A stretch of 44,716 bases of DNA, from assembly GCF_048403405.1 (NCBI RefSeq), contig NZ_CP183137.1; one strand, 5' to 3'. The stretch is from Escherichia coli (lineage in GTDB: Bacteria > Pseudomonadota > Gammaproteobacteria > Enterobacterales > Enterobacteriaceae). The position numbers and the translations under genes were made by a program. Shown here piece after piece: positions 19,001 to 27,451 of the stretch (positions are counted from its first letter, which is position 1; every line of letters begins with the position of its first letter). Below the pieces are notes generated by a model, which saw nothing but the letters and a program-made list of their open reading frames with translations, was not told the origin of the DNA and did not search any database.

Positions 19001-20152
19001 ATCACGGAACGTCAGGGAACCCGCCCCCTGAGAAACCGAATCCTTAAGGTTAATCTGACCATTCGCCCCCTGAAATATCAGGTTCTTACCAGCATTCAGG
19101 TCATTTCCCTGCTGCCCGTGCATGGCATATGTGGTGCTTCCCTGTGTCAGCACACCAGCTCCGGTACTGCTGTTAAAGCTCCACTCCAGTGCACCACCTT
19201 CCGATGTTCTGAACGTGACCGGGGCATCATTGTCTTCATTAAATTTCTGCCCGATAAAATCCAGTGGAATAACAGCCCAGTTATTTCCCCTGCCCCCCGC
19301 TCCATTCCCCGCAGTAAGAACACCGACCAGCACCCATTTATTCTGAACAGTATCAAAAGCAAATAAAGGCGAACCGCTGTCACCGGCCTCGCCATAAATG
19401 GGCATTGCACCATTAAGTTTGTAATCAAAAACCAGACCTGAACTGGTGCTAATCATTTCTCCATTCTGATAGGATGACAGGCTACCGACAGTCCCGCCGG
19501 TCAGCCAGGAATATGCATCTCCCATTTGTGTCAGCTGTCCGTTACTGTCCTTAATATATTGAGTACCAGACCCCAGACGATAAAAAACAGGATAGCGCTC
19601 CTTATCCAGATATGCGCCAGCCACTGCCCCCTGCGCCGTCACCGCAGTAGGGGCAACCTCTGTCACCAGTTTATCCAGCCGGGGGGCATGAAAATCCAGT
19701 GACGGCGCATTATTCCGGTCCACGATATTGTAACGGTTTTCACCATCACCAAAGCTAACGTTTGTATATCCCCCGTTATGTTTCACGCTGGCGATATACT
19801 GCGGGTTTATCAGTGTCGCCACACCGATTTCCGAATCCACAGCACTGAAATCAGGCATAGCTGCCTTATCCAGCGTACCGACAAGTTCTCCCTGCTTATT
19901 ATAAATAGCGATATTCGTTGCCCCCGGGCGGAACATCCCCTTATTTTCAGCAAAATCACGAAATAACTGATACCCGAGTTCATTATTGACCGTTCCCGCA
20001 AGACTTCCTGCAGAGAATAGTACCGGGATCAGTAATAAAACCGGGAAACACAGACGTCTGACAGACTTATGAACACATTTCCTGGCAAACTCAGATACGG
20101 CAATAAAGCCCCGGGCCACAGCGCTGTAGCGAAGAGAATAAATTCTGTTCAT
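16043..20152 (-). CDS. tsh: SPATE serine-protease autotransporter, Tsh/Hbp-type (1369 aa)
   Basis: Extended signal peptide MNRIYSLRYSAVARGFIAVSEFARKCVH, serine protease motif GDSGSPLF, C-terminal beta-barrel ending ...NANIRYSF. Confidence 0.9.
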   Translation of the reverse strand: MNRIYSLRYSAVARGFIAVSEFARKCVHKSVRRLCFPVLLLIPVLFSAGSLAGTVNNELGYQLFRDFAENKGMFRPGATNIAIYNKQGELVGTLDKAAMPDFSAVDSEIGVATLINPQYIASVKHNGGYTNVSFGDGENRYNIVDRNNAPSLDFHAPRLDKLVTEVAPTAVTAQGAVAGAYLDKERYPVFYRLGSGTQYIKDSNGQLTQMGDAYSWLTGGTVGSLSSYQNGEMISTSSGLVFDYKLNGAMPIYGEAGDSGSPLFAFDTVQNKWVLVGVLTAGNGAGGRGNNWAVIPLDFIGQKFNEDNDAPVTFRTSEGGALEWSFNSSTGAGVLTQGSTTYAMHGQQGNDLNAGKNLIFQGANGQINLKDSVSQGAGSLTFRDNYTVTTSNGSTWTGAGIVVDNGVSVNWQVNGEKGDNLHKIGEGTLIVQGTGVNEGGLKVGDGTVVLNQQADSSGKVQAFSSLNIASGRPTVVLADNRQVDPDNISWGYRGGVLDVNGNDLSFHNISAADYGAELHNSSNKEARISLVMPDAIEWEGKDTPRILGQAYKYFNSETQKTEFFILNTGSLGWRPSPEEKLLPEFLRGADYFSSLADANKEAGKNKQSVFHGKLTGNISFNADHIGKFIMDGSADISGSFSKENGRLTLQGHPVIHTYNSQTVADNVAATGDDSVLTQPTSFTQDDWENRTFSFGSLVLKNADFGLGRNATLNTTIQADNSSVTLGDSRVFIDKNDGQGTAFTLEEGSSVATKDADKSVFNGTVNLDNQSVLNINDIFNGGIQANNSTVNISSDSAVLGNSTLTSTALNLNKGANALASQSFVSDGPVNISDATLSLNSRPDEVSHTLLPVYDYAGSWNLKGDDARLNVGPYSMLSGNINVQDKGTVTLGGEGELSPDLTLQNQMLYSLFNGYRNIWSGSLNAPDATVSMTDTQWSMNGNSTAGNMKLNRTIVGFNGGTSPFTTLTTDNLDAVQSAFVMRTDLNKADKLVINKSATGHDNSIWVNFLKKPSNKDTLDIPLVSAPEATADNLFRASTRVVGFSDVTPILSVRKEDGKKEWVLDGYQVARNDGQGKAAATFMHISYNNFITEVNNLNKRMGDLRDINGEAGTWVRLLNGSGSADGGFTDHYTLLQMGADRKHELGSMDLFTGVMATYTDTDASADLYSGKTKSWGGGFYASGLFRSGAYFDVIAKYIHNENKYDLNFAGAGKQNFRSHSLYAGAEVGYRYHLTDTTFVEPQAELVWGRLQGQTFNWNDSGMDVSMRRNSVNPLVGRTGVVSGKTFSGKDWSLTARAGLHYEFDLTDSADVHLKYAAGEHQINGRKDSRMLYGVGLNARFGDNTRLGLEVERSAFGKYNTDDAINANIRYSF

Positions 20153-20190
20153 TTTTAAATTAATCCTGAAAAAAATAAAATCAGTATTAC

Positions 20191-21060
20191 TCAGGCATAA
20201 CGGATAATCACCGTCATCCCTGCCCGCCAGACTGACTGCCCTGTCACCGGTTTACTGAAATGAAGATTAAGAACTGCACCGGAAGAAATCCCGAGCGCAT
20301 ATGCACTGGAATAAAACCAGCCTTCACCCACCAGGTCCTGATAACCGCTTTCATCAGTAATCACCGGTGAGTCAGACACTCCCGGAACGCCCTGTTTCAG
20401 CTGTGTCCAGATACTTTCTGCGGACACTTCACCTTCCGTCATCCGGGAAATGAAGTTCAGTCCGTCGGCGGTGCGCCACGTACTACTGTCGGGTACGCCG
20501 CCATTAAAAACATAAGCATCAGCACTGTTATCCCCCAGCGTCTGGGTGATTCTGGCACCAAAGCCATCCTCTTCTGCCCACGCAAGCGCCCCGAAAGCCT
20601 GAACTTCTGCTGCCAGTGTGCCTGCTGTCTGAGTGTCCCCGGTGACGCTCAGTGGCAGAACAAGCAGCCCCTGTCCCGGCGTGCCTCTGGCCCACTGAAT
20701 ATGGATTTCGCTTCCGTCACTTCCCTTCAGCTGAATAACAGGAACAATACCAGCGCCGGATGTCTCACTACCCTCAAAAGCACGGGCTGATTTACCGGCA
20801 AGCAGCAGAAGGTCATAAGGCGCACTGACCGTCAGACGGGTTCCGTTACCGGTCAGCTCACTGATTTTGTTGCTGAACCCGGTATATCCGCCGGTTTTCC
20901 ACAGCCAGGGAGGAAGTGAATCATCATAAGGCGTGATGGTCCCTCCGAACGCCACAACTCCCTGAAAATCTCCGCCGGACTGCCATCCGGTACCAGCAGA
21001 AACTTTTCCGCAAATTAATAAAGAAAGAAAGAGAAAAGACAATAATAAGTAAAATATCAA
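20191..21060 (-). CDS. Fimbrial subunit-like protein (289 aa), distal gene of chaperone-usher cluster
   Basis: N-terminal signal peptide MIFYLLLSFLFLSLLICGKVSA; size and composition like FaeH/I/J-type subunits. Confidence 0.6.
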   Translation of the reverse strand: MIFYLLLSFLFLSLLICGKVSAGTGWQSGGDFQGVVAFGGTITPYDDSLPPWLWKTGGYTGFSNKISELTGNGTRLTVSAPYDLLLLAGKSARAFEGSETSGAGIVPVIQLKGSDGSEIHIQWARGTPGQGLLVLPLSVTGDTQTAGTLAAEVQAFGALAWAEEDGFGARITQTLGDNSADAYVFNGGVPDSSTWRTADGLNFISRMTEGEVSAESIWTQLKQGVPGVSDSPVITDESGYQDLVGEGWFYSSAYALGISSGAVLNLHFSKPVTGQSVWRAGMTVIIRYA

Positions 21061-21299
21061 TTACAGCATTCTGTCGCACGTCCACTCCCCTCTGAGACTC
21101 CTTCATCTGTATTATACAATCGTGGTGAAATTTCTTTTATCTTTCTGTAAACCTCACTGAAGTCATCTTCCACCATCACATAACCTTCAATCCCCCTGAT
21201 ATGAAGTTCACAAAAAACCCCCTTCTGAAGAACGAAACTGATGTCTTTTATATTCACCAGAAGATTTCGCCCCTGCCTGCTGACAAAGTGAATAAACAC
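21057..21299 (-). CDS. Small hypothetical protein (80 aa), possible regulator
   Basis: ORF between the EAL gene and the distal subunit gene; no recognised motif. Confidence 0.35.
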   Translation of the reverse strand: MFIHFVSRQGRNLLVNIKDISFVLQKGVFCELHIRGIEGYVMVEDDFSEVYRKIKEISPRLYNTDEGVSEGSGRATECCN

Positions 21300-21445
21300 G
21301 CCTGCCTCTCAATACAAATATGAATAAAAGAATAAAAACAAAAAGACGTTCAAGTAAGAAGAAAAACACTGCCGGAGTCTGAAAAATGCGATGCTGGCAC
21401 TCCGTTTATCAGAAATAAAATGAAATTAATTAAATGTATTTAATT

Positions 21446-22222
21446 TTATTTTTCAGGAGTGACGAGCCTGTACTCACAACAAAATGTATCCACTTTTTCC
21501 GGTCTGCCGAAATAAAACCCCTGCAGATAATCCACTCCCAGAGAGCACAGACAGTTCACCTGCGCCTGTGTTTCCACACCTTCTGCCACCGTATCAATAC
21601 CCAGCTTTCCTGCCAGCCCGACAACACTTTCCACGATATGCCGGGATGTCTTTTCACTCAGAATGTCCAGTGTGAAGCTCCTGTCCATTTTTATATAACT
21701 GACCGGAAAGTGCTTCAGGTACGACAGTACGGAACATCCGGTTCCGAAATCATCCAGTGCAAATACCACTCCGGCATCACACAGCCGGCTCAGTTTCTCT
21801 TCGGTCTGTCTGTCCATGTTAAACGGCTGCTGCTCCGTCAGCTCCAGAACCAGATGTGTGCTGTCATGCCCTGCCAGCGCCAGACACATCTGAGTGAACT
21901 CACGCTCAGCCAGCAGGGCCGGCGTCACATTCACGGCAAGCCGGAAGTCACTCGGCAGCATGGCTTTAATCTCAGAAAGTCCGGCCACCGCACGGTTAAG
22001 AATTTTTTCCGTCAGAGGCAACAACAGCCCGGCAGATTCAATCCGGTTAATGAAATATGCCGGCGGAATGATTTCGCCTGCAGGCATGTGCCAGCGAACC
22101 AGAAGCTCTGCACCGGACACAGTAAAGTCTGATGCAGAAACCACCGGCTGGAGATACGGTTCAAACTCCCCGTTAATGAGCGCACGCATCAGCCTGTCTG
22201 CGGATACAAAGTCACTGTCCAT
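21446..22222 (-). CDS. Stand-alone EAL-domain c-di-GMP phosphodiesterase (258 aa)
   Basis: EFEPYLQPVV near the N-terminus, DDFGTG and C-terminal ...YLQGFYFGRP are hallmark EAL-domain motifs. Confidence 0.8.
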   Translation of the reverse strand: MDSDFVSADRLMRALINGEFEPYLQPVVSASDFTVSGAELLVRWHMPAGEIIPPAYFINRIESAGLLLPLTEKILNRAVAGLSEIKAMLPSDFRLAVNVTPALLAEREFTQMCLALAGHDSTHLVLELTEQQPFNMDRQTEEKLSRLCDAGVVFALDDFGTGCSVLSYLKHFPVSYIKMDRSFTLDILSEKTSRHIVESVVGLAGKLGIDTVAEGVETQAQVNCLCSLGVDYLQGFYFGRPEKVDTFCCEYRLVTPEK

Positions 22223-22253
22223 ACTTTCGGTCTTCCATTTTATGAGGTGTACT

Positions 22254-22304
22254 GACAGCTTCGGCTTTGAACTCTTTAGAGTAACGTTGGGTTTTTCTGC
22301 TCAT
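22254..22304 (-). other. Possible IS3-family orfA 5' remnant fused to the EAL gene start
   Basis: Minus strand encodes MSRKTQRYSKEFKAEAV..., resembling an IS3-family OrfA N-terminus as recalled; its stop overlaps the EAL ATG. No flanking IR found. Confidence 0.3.
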
Positions 22305-22416
22305 TATTAGCTCCTTCTGATGCCATTCTATTTCAGGAAGGAGTGTCCGTTAAACTCAGGCTACCTCACACCAACCACCCACCACATCGGTATTAACACT
22401 TTTCGTTGCCGGGCCA

Positions 22417-23157
22417 TCAGAAATACATCACCACCGGTGTCAGATTACCCTGCCAGCGTTTCACCTGCTCCTCAGCACCGGGGAAATTCACCCGCACATC
22501 ACTCAGGGATGTCACCCAGGCACCGGCAATATGCTGGCTGCCATTCTCCTGTGACAACAGCGACTCAGAGCCCGAAATAAACGCATCAGGACGCGCGGTT
22601 AACCCGGCATAGTCCGGAGTCCATTCATAGCCGTTCACCTGCCATAACTGGCGTTTCACCTGCTTTTCAGCCCCCGGCGTCACCTCTCCGCTGACCACGC
22701 TCCAGCCCTGACCACCAGTAATATTGTCCTGCCATGCCAGAAGATGGCGCATCGTGAACGTGATTTCCCCGTAACGCACCTGTCCCCGGGCGAGTTCTCC
22801 CCGGGCCGCAATACGGGGAGATGATGGCGCCACCTGAAGTAATGTCACCGACGGCTGAAGCCCCGGACGGGCAGTTGTCAGTGATGTGGTATGTCCGCCA
22901 AGAATATAAAAATCCTGCCCTCTCCGGCTTTCTCTGACCATGCCGCTTTTACCCGTTGTCAGACCGGCCTGCGCGGCGTCTGGTGTACTCATCCGCACAG
23001 CGCGGGGCTGCCACTGCCAGGACGCATCGCGGACATACAGCGTGCCGCTGAACTCCGTCACGCCCACAGCCATTCCCTCCTGCCAGTGGCCCGGCGGAAT
23101 AATCAGGGGTTGCGCCAGCACACTGGCTGAAGTCAGAAAAAACAGAGCCGGAAACAT
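22417..23157 (-). CDS. Fimbrial minor subunit (FaeH/I/J-like)
   Basis: Signal peptide MFPALFFLTSASVLA after the internal ATG at 23157; about 245 aa. Confidence 0.6.
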   Translation of the reverse strand: MFPALFFLTSASVLAQPLIIPPGHWQEGMAVGVTEFSGTLYVRDASWQWQPRAVRMSTPDAAQAGLTTGKSGMVRESRRGQDFYILGGHTTSLTTARPGLQPSVTLLQVAPSSPRIAARGELARGQVRYGEITFTMRHLLAWQDNITGGQGWSVVSGEVTPGAEKQVKRQLWQVNGYEWTPDYAGLTARPDAFISGSESLLSQENGSQHIAGAWVTSLSDVRVNFPGAEEQVKRWQGNLTPVVMYF

Positions 23158-23206
23158 ACCGGACTTCAGACGATGAATAATATTCAGCACCGAACCGTCC
23201 TCCTGC

Positions 23207-23998
23207 TTACTGGTACTCAATACTTACCGGCAGTGACACCCGCCAGCGCTCCGGCATCGTGCCGTTCAGACGTAATTCACCACTACCTGCCACAGTCTGT
23301 GCACCATACGCACCTTCAACCTGACGCAGGGAGGCATCACTGAAATGACTCACTCCCGAATAACCACTGATGGTCATTGTCTGCAGCCAGCCGGGGCCTT
23401 CGCCACTGAACATCTTCTGCAGAACACCCGGAATATCAGAAGTCTTCATGGCTGCGCTTTCACCAGGCAGACCATTCACATTCAGGTCGTCATACACACC
23501 GGCATACGCCGGCTGTCCGTCCTTCACATGGCGCAACACCCCCGCAGCCTGCATTCTGAAAACAAATGTGCCTGCCCGGACGTTATTATCTCCGGTGACA
23601 GGCAGCGTCACCTCCGCCACGCCTGGTGCTGTCCATTCAAGCGAAAATCCCTCAGTACCCTTTCCGTAACTGACACGGGGAGAAAGCCCCTCACGTCCTG
23701 CCGGTGTGGTCAGGGTGGTTTTCCCCAGTAAAACGGTCATCGCCGGCAGTGCAACCGGAATTGCCTGCCCACCGTCACGAACACCGCGGCTCAGTTTAAC
23801 CTCCAGGCCTTCATTTCCCTGTCCGACTTTCCATACCCACGGGTTACGGGTGCTGGTCACCGGGCCTTCCAGCTTAAGCTCTCCGCTGAAATCCTCTCCC
23901 GGCGTGTTCCAGGCCAGTACGCAGGAAGGCAGGAGGCTGGCAGCAAACAGAAACAACGTCACCTTTTTCACTTCTCTTCTCTCCTTATATCCCTGCAA
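23207..23998 (-). CDS. Fimbrial minor subunit (FaeH/I/J-like)
   Basis: 263 aa ORF with hydrophobic N-terminal leader (VTLFLFAASLLPSCVLA); tandem with paralogous subunit genes. Confidence 0.6.
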   Translation of the reverse strand: MQGYKERREVKKVTLFLFAASLLPSCVLAWNTPGEDFSGELKLEGPVTSTRNPWVWKVGQGNEGLEVKLSRGVRDGGQAIPVALPAMTVLLGKTTLTTPAGREGLSPRVSYGKGTEGFSLEWTAPGVAEVTLPVTGDNNVRAGTFVFRMQAAGVLRHVKDGQPAYAGVYDDLNVNGLPGESAAMKTSDIPGVLQKMFSGEGPGWLQTMTISGYSGVSHFSDASLRQVEGAYGAQTVAGSGELRLNGTMPERWRVSLPVSIEYQ

Positions 23999-24001
23999 CC
24001 A

Positions 24002-24799
24002 TCACTGTACTGTAACCGTCACATTCAGCCCTGCCTGCCATGCTGCAGGCGTGCCCTCTGCCGGTAACCGCAGTTCAAAATCCGACACTGCTGAGGCATA
24101 TGCCGCAGCCAGATTCATCACCCGACCGTCAGCCAATACCCCCTGAGAGATGACCTGACCATTGTCTGCGGCACTCATGCCATTGCCAAAACCCTGGTTC
24201 ATCATAAGTAATGTGGAAAGGCGGGTTTTAAGCCACTGTGGCAACGTTCCTGACTGTACATCCGTCACGCTCTGTCCGCCGACCAGCGACATCCCTGCCG
24301 GCACTGTCGCCCCCTCTTCCTGTACACCGGCACTGACTGCCATCCCCTGATTCAGGGTGAAAGAAAGCTGCCCCGACACATTTCCCGTTTCCGGGTCACG
24401 CACCGGAACAGAGGCGCGGAAATGCTGTGCTGAGGTACCATTTCCTTCCGTCACAGTAAAAGGCTGTCCGTTACTGCTGAAGGTAATAAAGGGGGTGAAT
24501 CCGGGACCACCTCGCTCAGCCACTTCATGCAGATGCCCCTCCAGAAACGGCAGAGCCCCTTTATCACGCAAATTAAAAACCAGTTGTCCGTTATCTGTAC
24601 GCGCATCAGCAGTATCCACTGCCCAGGTCTGGTCCGGCGAGCTTATCTGCCAGGTCCATTTGGGAGCTTCGTCAGTAACAAAGCCATTAAACTGAATTTC
24701 ACCACCATCAAGAATATCTGCATATGGCGCTGCCGAATAAAACAGGGCCACCGAAATAATGGCTGAAAGAAGGGATTTATAATGATGCGCTATTTTCAT
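24002..24799 (-). CDS. Fimbrial minor subunit (FaeH/I/J-like)
   Basis: 265 aa, signal peptide ...[18 protein letters not shown]; paralogue of neighbouring subunits. Confidence 0.6.
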   Translation of the reverse strand: MKIAHHYKSLLSAIISVALFYSAAPYADILDGGEIQFNGFVTDEAPKWTWQISSPDQTWAVDTADARTDNGQLVFNLRDKGALPFLEGHLHEVAERGGPGFTPFITFSSNGQPFTVTEGNGTSAQHFRASVPVRDPETGNVSGQLSFTLNQGMAVSAGVQEEGATVPAGMSLVGGQSVTDVQSGTLPQWLKTRLSTLLMMNQGFGNGMSAADNGQVISQGVLADGRVMNLAAAYASAVSDFELRLPAEGTPAAWQAGLNVTVTVQ

Positions 24800-25022
24800 T
24801 GTTATTTACTCTGCTCTGTTCCGGAGTACATAAAAATAAAAGCCAGTTCATTCAAAAGCACCCACTGAAAACAATACAGAACCGACATGCGCACAAGGCA
24901 TTCCGACAGAAAAAAACACCTGCACCAACATCCCGGTTCCGTTTGTTCAGGTCACAGGAAACTGTGACCTGAATTTTTAGTCAGAAGTAAACGGGAAGTG
25001 TTTACTGCCGGGCCCTGCCGAA

Positions 25023-25796
25023 TTACAGGTAAGTAACCTCAATCGGCAGGGATGCTTTCCATGTAATCGCTGATGTAGCAGGCTTATTAAGTTTGATTAC
25101 GATCTGTGTATTATCCAGAATACCAGCACCATATACAGCTGAATAGGTGAATCCGCTCTCATTGAAGTACTGAGTACTACCTGAATCTACAAAAGTCCCT
25201 TTTTGGTCGTTATAGTTTTCGACATACTCCGGACCGAAACGATTAGCTATATGCCAACCCTTCTGGGTAATCTTATCACCCGATTTAGCTACCCCCCCAT
25301 AAAAAGCTTGACCTGCCTTGGCAGCAAAGATATTAAACTTTGAAGAGGTAGCTCCATTTGACGCAGACGCTTCAGCTCCAGCAGTGAAGCTAGCGGTTAG
25401 AGTGCCAATTTGCGCATCGGAATTATCTTTCACCTCCAGAGTTAGAGGTGTAGAACCGTTGCTAAATGAATCGGTATTAATAGCATTACCGAAATTAATC
25501 TGCGGACTGATACCAGTCTGTCCGAGGAAGGGTTTCTTGGACACAGTACGAATACCCAGAATAGGGATTACTCTCTGCACAGAGATCACGGCGTCCGTCG
25601 CTCCTGAGGAGATCTGAGTATTCAGGTCATTTACATTACCGCCTACTTGAACTTCCCATGGGGTGGTTGGTTGTAGCACATCCACGGTACCGCTCAGGCC
25701 AACAGAACCACCAGTGCCGTTTTGCTCCCACGCCATAGCAGAACCAGATACTGCAGCAGAGGCAGCCACAGCCAGTGCAATCAGAGTCTTTTTCAT
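25023..25796 (-). CDS. K88/CS31A-type major fimbrial subunit (FaeG/ClpG-like)
   Basis: MKKTLIALAVAASAAVSGSAMAW N-terminus and C-terminal ...LPIEVTYL parallel FaeG (MKKTLIALA..., ...ITYY) as recalled. Confidence 0.75.
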   Translation of the reverse strand: MKKTLIALAVAASAAVSGSAMAWEQNGTGGSVGLSGTVDVLQPTTPWEVQVGGNVNDLNTQISSGATDAVISVQRVIPILGIRTVSKKPFLGQTGISPQINFGNAINTDSFSNGSTPLTLEVKDNSDAQIGTLTASFTAGAEASASNGATSSKFNIFAAKAGQAFYGGVAKSGDKITQKGWHIANRFGPEYVENYNDQKGTFVDSGSTQYFNESGFTYSAVYGAGILDNTQIVIKLNKPATSAITWKASLPIEVTYL

Positions 25797-26034
25797 AAAA
25801 TAATTTCCTTGATATTTCATAAATAATAAACTGAAATCGGTAATCCTTATTTTTCCGGAATCACCGCAAAACTATCCCCTGCGGATTCATTTAATTAACC
25901 GCATTTCATTAAACACTGTGTTTAACTCAGAATAGCTTTACGTTATTCCCGTTTAAAAATACGGTAAATCCCTTTACCAATATGACCCGTTCCGGAGTCA
26001 CGGATGTATTTCCTCTGTTGTCGGAGATGAATCT

Positions 26035-26526
26035 TCAGTCTTCCACCTGCAGCGCTATCTGCAGATTTCCCCGGTAACTGACCGGGACTTCCAGCTCTGC
26101 CGGTGCATCCGTTCTTAACTCAACCAGCTTCTGTGCCTCCGGAACGGTTATCACCACATCCTCACCCTGCTGTCTGGCACTGAGTGCCACTATCTTTCCG
26201 TCAACCATCAGGGCCGTCTTCAGGGTGATGCGGGCTTCCCCGTTATCCGGCAGAGACTGCTTCACCGTGATGTTTGCCAGTCCGCCGGAAGCCGGGCGGC
26301 TTTCTGCATGCCGGATTATCAGCTCTGCAGGCAACGGGCTGTTACTGTCTGAGCGGTACAGCACCGGGTCTGTCGGTGTACGTGTCACCTTCACCACACT
26401 GTTACCTGACACCTGACCATTCACCACACCCAGATACTGCGTTTTCTCGCTGTATTCAGCGGCCAGTGCTGACTGAATACTGAGTGCACTCAGGACCAGG
26501 GTGGCTGCCATCATTGTTTTCTTCAT
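26035..26526 (-). CDS. Fimbrial minor subunit (FaeF-like, 163 aa)
   Basis: Signal peptide MKKTMMAATLVLSALSIQSALA; sits between chaperone and major subunit genes as faeF does in K88. Confidence 0.6.
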   Translation of the reverse strand: MKKTMMAATLVLSALSIQSALAAEYSEKTQYLGVVNGQVSGNSVVKVTRTPTDPVLYRSDSNSPLPAELIIRHAESRPASGGLANITVKQSLPDNGEARITLKTALMVDGKIVALSARQQGEDVVITVPEAQKLVELRTDAPAELEVPVSYRGNLQIALQVED

Positions 26527-26560
26527 TTATTACCCCTCTGTTCCGTGTTCCGGAGAGCGG

Positions 26561-27292
26561 TTATTTTTTATCTGCCTTATCAGACGGATTAACCGGCGAA
26601 TCAGATGCCTTCTGCCCGGAAGACGTTGGCGTTTTTTTCTGGTTAATCGTCCAGGTCTGCAGTTCACCGTAATCATTCAGAGAATCCACTTTCACCACAT
26701 TTCCCTTCACCTGCACTTCATCACCCGGCATGAACATCAGCAGTTTCTGTGCCGTGTCGTTATTCGTGGCAATTTTCTTCCCGTTTCCGTCCAGCAGGCT
26801 GCCAATCGCAAAAATGTACGGCGTGGTGTTCACCAGCATGGTCCTGCCATCCGGGCGGCTCTGCAGGCTGAGCCCTTCCTCTGCCCCCTTGCGGCCTTCA
26901 AGCAGTGCCTTCGGTCGGTAGAACAGTTTCAGCTTCGTGCGCAGCGCCACTGCAATACCGCTGCCCTCCAGGGCCGGCGGTATATCCTGCAGGTTCAGCC
27001 AGTACACCGACTCTTTGTCCTTCGGCAGATGGTCCGAGGGCATGATGATACGCAGCGTCTGCTGACCATTCGGCTTCACCTTGAAGAAGGATGGCGTCAC
27101 AACAAAGGTCGGACGGGTGTCCTTCTCCACGATATTGTCCACCCAGGCCTGGCCACCAAAGGTACGCTCCTTGTCATTGTTGGTGACCGTGATGGTCAGC
27201 GCATCCTTATCCCCGCGAAAGATATAGCGGGTCTGGTCTGCCGCCAGGGAAGCCATCGCACTCTGACAGGTCATCATCAGCGCCAGCGTCAT
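26561..27292 (-). CDS. Periplasmic pilus chaperone (PapD/FaeE-like)
   Basis: Signal peptide MTLALMMTCQSAMA from the ATG at 27292; about 243 aa, typical chaperone length and position. Confidence 0.8.
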   Translation of the reverse strand: MTLALMMTCQSAMASLAADQTRYIFRGDKDALTITVTNNDKERTFGGQAWVDNIVEKDTRPTFVVTPSFFKVKPNGQQTLRIIMPSDHLPKDKESVYWLNLQDIPPALEGSGIAVALRTKLKLFYRPKALLEGRKGAEEGLSLQSRPDGRTMLVNTTPYIFAIGSLLDGNGKKIATNNDTAQKLLMFMPGDEVQVKGNVVKVDSLNDYGELQTWTINQKKTPTSSGQKASDSPVNPSDKADKK

Positions 27293-27451
27293 TCCCAGTG
27301 CTTTTGTCACCCGGTTAGTGAAAAACGTCGTTACTGCGTTACGCTTACTCACACGTAATCTCCTGTAGTTTCTCAGTATCCTGCAGTTTCGCCGCAGGTA
27401 TCCGGCACGGGCCCAGGGTGATATCACCCGGCGCATCCACCGTGTTAATCA

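Noticed and set aside
16399..19428. Numerous plus-strand ORFs of 60-160 aa within the tsh coding region
   Set aside because: Antisense to a 1369-aa autotransporter gene whose full-length frame is intact.
26501..27358. 285-aa plus-strand ORF
   Set aside because: Antisense to the chaperone and FaeF-like genes; no RBS; Arg-rich low-complexity translation.
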